Positions 27,246 through 33,171 of a DNA stretch of 64,000 bases are shown here, in pieces. A program made the translations under genes and the position numbers. Location: NCBI GenBank assembly GCA_036004705.1, contig DASYRF010000360.1, forward strand, positions 5,795-69,794. Direction: 5' to 3'. Source of the DNA: Myxococcota bacterium. GTDB lineage: Bacteria > Myxococcota_A > Polyangia > DASYRF01. Each line of letters opens with the position of its first letter. The stretch's first letter is position 1. The notes under the pieces are model-generated. The model was not told the origin of the DNA. It worked only from the letters and a program-made list of their open reading frames with translations, and searched no databases.

Positions 27246-27368
27246 GCCTGTGGGCGGCGGCCGGCGCGGCGGCGCGAAAGAGACGGTGAGCCTTGGCGCG
27301 GCGGTGCGAAAGAGACGGTGAGCCTGCTGGGCGGCGGCCGGCGCGGCGGCGCGGAGGAGACAATGAGC
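27207..27368. repeat. Tandem duplication, four copies of 32-44 bp each, of the junction between the protease stop codon and the downstream start codon (unit about GGCGGCGGCCGGCGCGGCGGYGCGAAAGAGRCGGTGAGCCTG).
   Basis: Copies at 27207-27250, 27251-27294, 27295-27326 (5'-truncated) and 27327-27368. In the last copy the sequence GAAAGAGACGGTGAGC is replaced by GGAGGAGACAATGAGC, which creates the SD and ATG of the CoA-transferase. Confidence 0.85.
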
Positions 27369-28550
27369 GACGTGCTGGAGGGCGTGCGTATCCTGGACCT
27401 GTCGCGCCTGCTGCCTGGGCCGTACGCGACGCAGCTCCTGGCGGACCTCGGCGCCGACGTCGTGAAGATTGAAGAGCCCGGGCGCGGCGACTACGCGCGC
27501 GGATACGGCCTGCGGCTCGGGGAGCACGGCGCCCACTTCGCCCTGCTGAACCGCAGCAAGCGCTCCGTCGCGCTCGACCTGAAGCGCCCCGCCGCGCGCG
27601 ACGCCTTCCTGCGCCTCGCCGACCGCGCCGACGTCGTCGTCGAATCCTTCCGCCCCGGCGTCATGGACCGCCTCGGCCTCGGCGCCGAGCTCCTGCGCGC
27701 GCGCAATCCGCGTCTCGTCTACTGCGCCATCAGCGGCTACGGGCAGGACGGCCCCTACCGCGACCGCCCCGGCCACGATCTGAACTACTGCGCCACCGCC
27801 GGCGCAATCTCGCTGAGCGGGCCGCCCGACCCCGACGCCGATCCCGCCCTGCAAGGCTGCCAGCTCGCCGACGTCGGCGGCGGCGCGCTGATGGCGGTCA
27901 TGGGTGTTCTGGCCGCGCTGCTGGCGCGCGCGCGCACCGGCGCCGGCCAGGTGGTCGACGTGTCGATGCTCGAAGGCACCGCCAGCCTGCTCACGTACGC
28001 CTTCGCCGAGCTCTTCGCCCGCCGCGCGCGCGGAGAGCCGCCCGCCGCCGCCGCCCCGCGCCGCGGCACCGCGCGCCTGCACGGCGGCCGCCCCGGCTAC
28101 GGCGTCTACCGCTGCCAGGACGGGCGCCACGTCGCGCTCGCCGCCCTGGAGGAGAAGTTCTGGGCACGCTTCTGCGCCCTCGCCGGCCGCCCCGACCTGG
28201 CGCCGCGCCACGCCCCCGCGACGCCCGCCGACGTCGCCGCCCTGCGCGCCGAGCTCGACGCGCTCTTCGCCACCCGTCCCCGCGACGAATGGGTCGCCCT
28301 CATGGCCGCCGACGAGGTCTGCCTGACCCCCGTGCACGACCTCGCCGAAGCCGCCGCCGACCCCCAGCTCCAGGCCCGCGGCTTCTTCACCGCCCTCCCC
28401 GACGGCACGCCGCAGCTCGCCTTCCCCGTGAAGCTGTCCGCCACGCCCGCGCGTCCGCCCTCCCCCGCCCCCGCCCTCGGCGCCCACACCCGCGCCCTGC
28501 TCGCCGAAGCCGGCCTGTCCGAAGCCGAAATCGCCGCTGCGCTGGACTAG
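27363..28550 (+). CDS. Family III CoA-transferase (CaiB/BaiF/alpha-methylacyl-CoA racemase-like).
   Basis: MSDVLEGVRILDLSRLLPGPYATQLLADLGADVVKIEEPGRGDYAR.. is the canonical family III N-terminus. About 395 aa. ATG at 27363 with SD GGAGGAG. Confidence 0.85.
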   Translation: MSDVLEGVRILDLSRLLPGPYATQLLADLGADVVKIEEPGRGDYARGYGLRLGEHGAHFALLNRSKRSVALDLKRPAARDAFLRLADRADVVVESFRPGVMDRLGLGAELLRARNPRLVYCAISGYGQDGPYRDRPGHDLNYCATAGAISLSGPPDPDADPALQGCQLADVGGGALMAVMGVLAALLARARTGAGQVVDVSMLEGTASLLTYAFAELFARRARGEPPAAAAPRRGTARLHGGRPGYGVYRCQDGRHVALAALEEKFWARFCALAGRPDLAPRHAPATPADVAALRAELDALFATRPRDEWVALMAADEVCLTPVHDLAEAAADPQLQARGFFTALPDGTPQLAFPVKLSATPARPPSPAPALGAHTRALLAEAGLSEAEIAAALD

Positions 28551-28659
28551 GGAGGGGGCCGGCATCAGAGCGTCGCTGCGGCTCGTCGCCGAAAGAGCGT
28601 CCCCTGCGCCCGCCCTTGCCCTCTTCATTGCACAGGTGCGCGCGGGTGCGGCGGATCCG

Positions 28660-28930
28660 GCGACGCGTCCGGCCCTCTGGAGAACGGACTCACGGGTCGT
28701 ACGAACGGTTCCGAGCGATCCGCGAACGGCTTCGAGCGATCGGCGTACGGCTCGGCGAGACGGGCCAGCGGGTCCGGCGGATGGGCGCACAGTGCCGCCG
28801 GAGGGCGAACAGTTTCGCGCCACCATGGAGCGGGCCGGAAGGCTCGGCGAAGGAGCGCGCGCCGGTCGGCGACGGGTTCGCTGGATCGGCGCACGGCTCG
28901 GGCCTGGTGGGGAACGGATGCGGCGCCACT
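28660..28930. repeat. Array of about 6-8 degenerate direct repeats with a 20-21-bp period (core about GAACGGYTYCGAGCGATC) inside a 650-bp intergenic region.
   Basis: Examples: acgaacggttccgagcgatc / cgcgaacggcttcgagcgatc / ggcgtacggctcggcgagac / ..gggttcgctggatcggcgcacggctcggg... There is no credible ORF here; the only ORFs are R-rich frame artefacts. Confidence 0.55.
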
Positions 28931-29084
28931 GGCCACGCTTCGGCCGCCCTGGCGAAGAAGCGCGCGGTGCGGGCCAACGCGTCCGACCCTTGGGGAAGCG
29001 GCGCGGCGGCCGGCGCAGGGCCACGAGGCGGGGCGGCGCGTATCGCAGCAGCCTTTCGCCGCGGACGAATCGTGTCGCGGAACG

Positions 29085-29213
29085 GGTCCTTGAACGATTT
29101 TCTGAGGAAAACGGAGCGGTCGAGGATTCTCCTCAGTAGGAGCGCCTTGGAAGCGCCCAGGAGATCGAGCCCAGGACGAGGGTCTTGGGACCGCACGAAC
29201 GAAAGGAGGCCCC
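29085..29213 (+). promoter_or_regulatory. Putative promoter/leader of the 29214 gene: a locally AT-richer stretch, a 7-bp inverted repeat (CTGAGGA..20 nt..TCCTCAG) and the SD AAGGAGG.
   Basis: gaacgattttctgaggaaaacggagcggtcgaggattctcctcagtagg, then ..gaaaggaggccccGTG. The GC dip is conspicuous in a roughly 70% GC background. Confidence 0.4.
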
Positions 29214-30161
29214 GTGAAGGTGACGAAGAAAGAGCCCCGCTGGGAGCACGGTGACGCGCTCCAGCGGGGGGAGCGCGCCTACAGCCTGCTCGTCGGTGAG
29301 GCCCGCGCCCGCCTCGAACCGCGGTTTCCGGCGGGCACGGCGGCGGCGCTCCGGTCCGACCTGGACGCGATGCAGGAGAATCCCGTCGAAGCCGCGGCCG
29401 CGCTTCTGGCGCAGCGGGGCGCCACCGGCGGCAAGCGCGAGGTCGGGCGCGACGGTCACTATCACGTGATGCGCGTGCGCGAGGCGGTGCAGCGTCTCGC
29501 CCCGGGCGCGACCGCGCTGCGCGCCGGCCTCGGCGTTGGCGACGGGCTTGGCCCACGCCACACGCTGCGCATCGTCGCCAACCTCGACCGGATCGTCGCG
29601 CTCGGTGGCGAGGCGGGCGACGGGCTCGTGCCGTACGGCGTACCCGCCGCCGACGTGCAAGAGGCCGTGCGGCTCGCCGCCCTCCTCCGAGCGAAGGTGC
29701 GCGCCCAGCGCCGAAAGGTCGGCGGCCGCCACCAAGGCACCTTCGACCGCCGCGCCCTGCACCTACGCGTCCAGACCGCGATCGACCGGGTCGGCGTCGC
29801 CGGCAAGACGATCTTCCGCAACGACCCCTTCCGGCGCGCTCGTTACGAGGCGCTCTTTTCCTCCCCCGCACCGGCCGAAGTACCACCTCCGGCTGTGGCT
29901 GTGGCTCCGGCCGCGCCTGCGGCTGTGGCTCCGGCTCCGGCTGCGCCTGCGGCTCCGGCTGCGCCTCCGCCTGCGCCTGCGGCCCCGGCTCCGGCTGCGC
30001 CTGCGGCTCCGGCTGCGGCCCCGGCCGCGCCTCCGCCTGCGCCTGCGGCCCCGGCTCCGGCTCCGGCTCCGGTTCCGGCACTCGTTCCGGTATTCGGCCT
30101 CCCCTTGCTCAGTCGAAGCGCACCAGCGCCAGGGCCTTGGCCGCGAGCAGCTCCGGGCTGA
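29214..30161 (+). CDS. Hypothetical protein with a C-terminal low-complexity (PAAPAA)n tail.
   Basis: GTG start with SD. The N-terminal 220 aa have diverse composition (MKVTKKEPRWEHGDALQRGERAYSLLVGEARARLEPRF..). The C-terminal 90 aa are Ala/Pro repeats. Confidence 0.55.
   Translation: MKVTKKEPRWEHGDALQRGERAYSLLVGEARARLEPRFPAGTAAALRSDLDAMQENPVEAAAALLAQRGATGGKREVGRDGHYHVMRVREAVQRLAPGATALRAGLGVGDGLGPRHTLRIVANLDRIVALGGEAGDGLVPYGVPAADVQEAVRLAALLRAKVRAQRRKVGGRHQGTFDRRALHLRVQTAIDRVGVAGKTIFRNDPFRRARYEALFSSPAPAEVPPPAVAVAPAAPAAVAPAPAAPAAPAAPPPAPAAPAPAAPAAPAAAPAAPPPAPAAPAPAPAPVPALVPVFGLPLLSRSAPAPGPWPRAAPG
29875..30095. repeat. Imperfect tandem 18-bp (6-codon) repeat GCGCCTGCGGCTCCGGCT encoding (PAAPAA)n.
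   Basis: About 12 units, directly visible in the sequence. Lies inside the 3' part of the 29214 CDS. Confidence 0.8.
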
Positions 30162-30453
30162 GGTGCAGCGCCACGCCCCGCCGTCCCGCGATGCGCTCCA
30201 GCCGCTCGCGGGGCACGAACAGGATCACGCGCGGCGGCTCCAGCGCCGCGCCCACCGCCTCCGGCCGCACGCCTTCGCCGACGAGCACGGCCGCCTGCTC
30301 CTCCGGGATGATCCACGCTTCCGCCGCGTCGGCGAGAACACGCCGCAGCGCGAACCACACGCCCCCCGCGTGGTGCCGCTGGCGGAACTTCCAGGCCCGC
30401 ACGGCCAGCCGCCCTTCGACCTGGGCCGCGCGGCGCCGCAGCCGCTCGCTCAC
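30109..30453 (-). CDS. Small hypothetical protein (114 aa), translationally coupled downstream partner of the NTase-fold protein.
   Basis: GTG start overlaps the stop of the upstream gene in a GTGA arrangement, with GGAGGA 5 nt upstream. Sequence: MSERLRRRAAQVEGRLAVRAWKFRQRHHAGGVWFALRRVLADAAEAWIIPEEQAAVLVGEGVRPEAVGAALEPPRVILFVPRERLERIAGRRGVALHLSPELLAAKALALVRFD. Confidence 0.5.
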   Translation of the reverse strand: MSERLRRRAAQVEGRLAVRAWKFRQRHHAGGVWFALRRVLADAAEAWIIPEEQAAVLVGEGVRPEAVGAALEPPRVILFVPRERLERIAGRRGVALHLSPELLAAKALALVRFD

Positions 30454-31160
30454 GCGGATTCCTCCCCGCCCTCGAAACGGCGCAGCAACGCGGCCACACG
30501 CGCGCGCTGCGGGCGCGGGTCGGGCATCCCGTCGTGCGGCTCGATCAGCGACAGGATGGTCAGGTTGGCGCGCGCCGCGTGGCGCAGCTCGTCGGGCAAC
30601 GTGAGGTAGCTCTCGGTCGCCTCCTCCAGGTCCGTCTCGCGCGCCACCATCAGCAGGGCGAGGACGACCAGCAGGTCGCGGCTCCCCTTCTCTCCGGTGC
30701 GATCCGTGAGGAGCTTCTCGAGCACGAGCCCGGCCAGCCGCGGCACCGGAACGTCGACGCCCTCGGCGCGCACCAGCGGCCCCGGCCGCAGCAGCGCCAG
30801 CGGCCCGAACACCAGCAGCGGCAAGGCCCCGTCTTCCACCAGATAGGTCCGCTCCAGGTCGCTGCCCGGCGGAGGCATGCCCACGAAGTTCACTTCCAGC
30901 AACGCCGGCTCCGCGGGCACCCAGACCGACGGTTCTTCCGGCGAGGGGCGCAGCCCCTGCAGCGCACTCAACCGCTCTTTCACGAGCGCATGGGCGCCGA
31001 CCGGCACCGCGATGTCCACGTCCTGCGAAACCACCAGCGTGGCGCCGGCCTCCGCTTCGAGGAGGTTTGGCACCTCGGACCCCACCACCATCGTACCGCC
31101 CGTCTCGAGCACAGGCGCCGCCGCTCGCAGCGTGGCGAAGAGTCGGTCGCGGAACCGCAC
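30450..31160 (-). CDS. Nucleotidyltransferase-fold (Pol-beta superfamily-like) protein, 236 aa.
   Basis: A GS(24)..DVD(47) motif in VVGSEVPNLLEAEAGATLVVSQDVDIAVP resembles the hG[GS]..[DE]h[DE]h NTase signature. Diverse composition, unlike the overlapping R/H/Q-rich ORFs. Confidence 0.5.
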   Translation of the reverse strand: MRFRDRLFATLRAAAPVLETGGTMVVGSEVPNLLEAEAGATLVVSQDVDIAVPVGAHALVKERLSALQGLRPSPEEPSVWVPAEPALLEVNFVGMPPPGSDLERTYLVEDGALPLLVFGPLALLRPGPLVRAEGVDVPVPRLAGLVLEKLLTDRTGEKGSRDLLVVLALLMVARETDLEEATESYLTLPDELRHAARANLTILSLIEPHDGMPDPRPQRARVAALLRRFEGGEESA

Positions 31161-31327
31161 GCCCGCAGTATAGGGTCGGCGCGACGGTCCGGCGAGCGTG
31201 CACCCGCCCGTGCGCTTCGACGTCCTCTCCGGCGGGCAGGCTGTGGGCGCGTCCGGCCCGCCGCATGGCGTCCTCGAGCTCCCCCCGCCCCTTCGGTGCG
31301 ATACGACCCGGGTGCTAAACTGCTGAG

Positions 31328-32188
31328 ATGAAGTGGGGGTGCGAACGGGCCGGCACGGCCGCGCTGGCGGTCGCGCTGGCGTTGGCTTCGGCCGGCGGCG
31401 GCTGCTTTCGTCTCGGGTTCCCCGCGGACGCTTCGGACGCTTCGGCGCCTGGCTGCGGCGACGGCGCGCGCGACCCCTCCAGCGAGGCGTGCGACGGCGC
31501 CGACCTCGACGGCCAGACCTGCGCGTCGCTCGGCCTTGGCCCCGGCCCGCTGGCGTGCCGCGCGACGTGCGACTTCGACGTGTCGGGCTGCAGCGCCCCG
31601 CCCGTGTGCGGCGACGGCGTGCGCAACGGCGCCGAAGAATGCGACGGCGCCGACCTCGGCGGCCTTGACTGCAACGGCGTGACGATGGGCAGCGGGCCGC
31701 TCGGCTGCACCTCCGCCTGCACCTTCGACGCCTCCGGTTGCGTGCCCATGGGCTGCGGCAACGGCTACGTGGATCTCGGCGAGGCGTGCGACGGCGCCAA
31801 CCTCGGCGGCTCCGACTGCGAATCCCTCGGCTTCCTCGGCGGCACGCTCACCTGCACGCCGGACTGCGCGTTCGACGACTCTCAGTGCTTCTTCATGGAG
31901 ACGCTCTGCGGCGACGCCCTGCGCTCGGACTGGGAGGAGTGCGACCTGTCGGACCTCGGCGGCGAGACGTGCACCACGCTCGGCTTCGTCGGCGGCACGC
32001 TCTCCTGCTACCCGTATTGTCTGTTCGACACCTCCCTGTGCACCCTCTGCGGCAACGGCACCGCCGACCCCGGCGAGTCCTGCGACGCCACCGACTTCGC
32101 GGGCGCCGACTGCACGACCGTCGGCTTCTCCGGCGGCACGCTCTCCTGCACCTCCACCTGCACCTTCGACACGTCGAGCTGCCTATGA
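31328..32188 (+). CDS. Lipoprotein made entirely of 6 Myxococcales Cys-rich repeats.
   Basis: Lipobox ALASAGGGC. Repeats CGDGARDPSSEACDGADLDGQTC.., CGDGVRNGAEECDGADLGGLDC.., CGNGYVDLGEACDGANLGGSDC... ATG at 31328 checked. Confidence 0.85.
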   Translation: MKWGCERAGTAALAVALALASAGGGCFRLGFPADASDASAPGCGDGARDPSSEACDGADLDGQTCASLGLGPGPLACRATCDFDVSGCSAPPVCGDGVRNGAEECDGADLGGLDCNGVTMGSGPLGCTSACTFDASGCVPMGCGNGYVDLGEACDGANLGGSDCESLGFLGGTLTCTPDCAFDDSQCFFMETLCGDALRSDWEECDLSDLGGETCTTLGFVGGTLSCYPYCLFDTSLCTLCGNGTADPGESCDATDFAGADCTTVGFSGGTLSCTSTCTFDTSSCL

Positions 32189-32290
32189 CTCTCCACGCCG
32201 CGCGCCGCCCCCGGCGTGCCCCGTGCGACGAGGTCCGCGCGCGGCGTGCGCGCCCTTTTCCGGTCCCAGTCCGACGTGCTACGGGGAGGC

Positions 32291-32497
32291 ATGAAGAAGC
32301 CGCTCATCGTCATCCTCGTCGTGCTCGGCATCGTGCTCCTCCTCGGCACGTGCGGCAGCCTCGCCTATTCTTCCTTCCGGAAGTACATGGAACGCGGCAA
32401 AATAACGAACATCCACGGCGCACTGCTCCTCCCCCCGCACGGCGCCGGCGGGACGTCGGCGGACAGGTTCTCCGGGGAGAAGACCATTTCCGTCTAA
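32291..32497 (+). CDS. Small membrane or lipoprotein (68 aa, MKKPLIVILVVLGIVLLLGTCGSLAYSSFRKYMERGK..).
   Basis: SD GGGAGG, ATG at 32291, one hydrophobic helix. Lies in a low-GC islet. Confidence 0.5.
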   Translation: MKKPLIVILVVLGIVLLLGTCGSLAYSSFRKYMERGKITNIHGALLLPPHGAGGTSADRFSGEKTISV

Positions 32498-32645
32498 CGC
32501 AGGTAGGTGTACGAACGGCCCGTGCGGTGGGAATGTGGTTTACCAACACAAACGGTGGCTTCTATGGGGGCGTGACTGAGCCATGGGGTGCCGTCACGCG
32601 CTTCAATCAAGACACCTTCGATGCGCACACATGGGTGCTTGGAGC

Positions 32646-33167
32646 ATGATGAGATTACTTGGCTACGTCAGCGCCGTCGGCAGCGGGTGCTTGTTGGCAG
32701 TGGTGCTTCCTGCCTGCGACCGCCATGAGGATTACTGTCCGCCCAACAGCGAATCTCGCCTCACCGGCATCACCGTTGAGTTCTCCACTGACATAGCCTT
32801 GCCTTACCACGCCACCATCCAAGCGGACGGTGGCGAACTGTGGGAGTTCGATTCCTCACTCGGAGGGGGGATCGATGCAGTGCCGGGCGCCGATGACTAC
32901 GCCGTCGATGGGGACCTGTGGGGCAACGGCATCAGTCTCCACACGACCACGATAGTCCCCCGGACGCTGTACGTCCTCATCACGCGGCCCGTGGGTGGCT
33001 ACCTGCCCGGGACGGAAGCCGACCCCAATTTCCGGGCGGAGGGATGCTTTGACCTCGAGTACCAGTCCTACGATAGGGATTGGATCTCGTCGTGCGTGCT
33101 CCTTGAGGACATCAGCGAGAACCAGCTCGACGTGGCTGCACCGGTTCCGCCGACGTGCACGTTCTAG
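32646..33167 (+). CDS. Lipoprotein, hypothetical (MMRLLGYVSAVGSGCLLAVVLPACDRHEDYCPPNSE..).
   Basis: SD GGAG, ATG at 32646, lipobox-like LPAC. Codon usage is not GC3-biased, unlike its neighbours. Confidence 0.55.
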   Translation: MMRLLGYVSAVGSGCLLAVVLPACDRHEDYCPPNSESRLTGITVEFSTDIALPYHATIQADGGELWEFDSSLGGGIDAVPGADDYAVDGDLWGNGISLHTTTIVPRTLYVLITRPVGGYLPGTEADPNFRAEGCFDLEYQSYDRDWISSCVLLEDISENQLDVAAPVPPTCTF

Positions 33168-33171
33168 GTAG

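Noticed and set aside
24707-27289. 860-aa alternative-frame ORF across the S8 protease gene.
   Set aside because: Poly-Arg/Gly artefact, except for its last about 15 codons, which re-encode the MYXO-CTERM tail because of the tandem junction duplication. This is reported as a finding rather than as a gene.
27207-27368. Possible CRISPR array, suggested by regularly spaced direct repeats.
   Set aside because: The units abut each other with no spacers. They are truncated duplicates of a gene junction, and there are no cas genes in the window.
28289-29254. 321-aa ORF across the long intergenic region, and a 103-aa minus ORF at 28625-28936.
   Set aside because: R-rich sequence that merely mirrors the DNA repeat array. 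No start or SD context.
29875-30095. Ala/Pro codon repeat as a possible mobile element or PE/PPE-like gene.
   Set aside because: A simple 18-bp tandem repeat within one CDS. No terminal inverted repeats or transposase.
30534-31331. 265-aa (+) ORF and 385-aa (-) ORF overlapping the NTase-like gene.
   Set aside because: R/H/Q-rich composition. The 236-aa and 114-aa minus-strand frames have balanced composition, SD sequences and a coupled GTGA junction.
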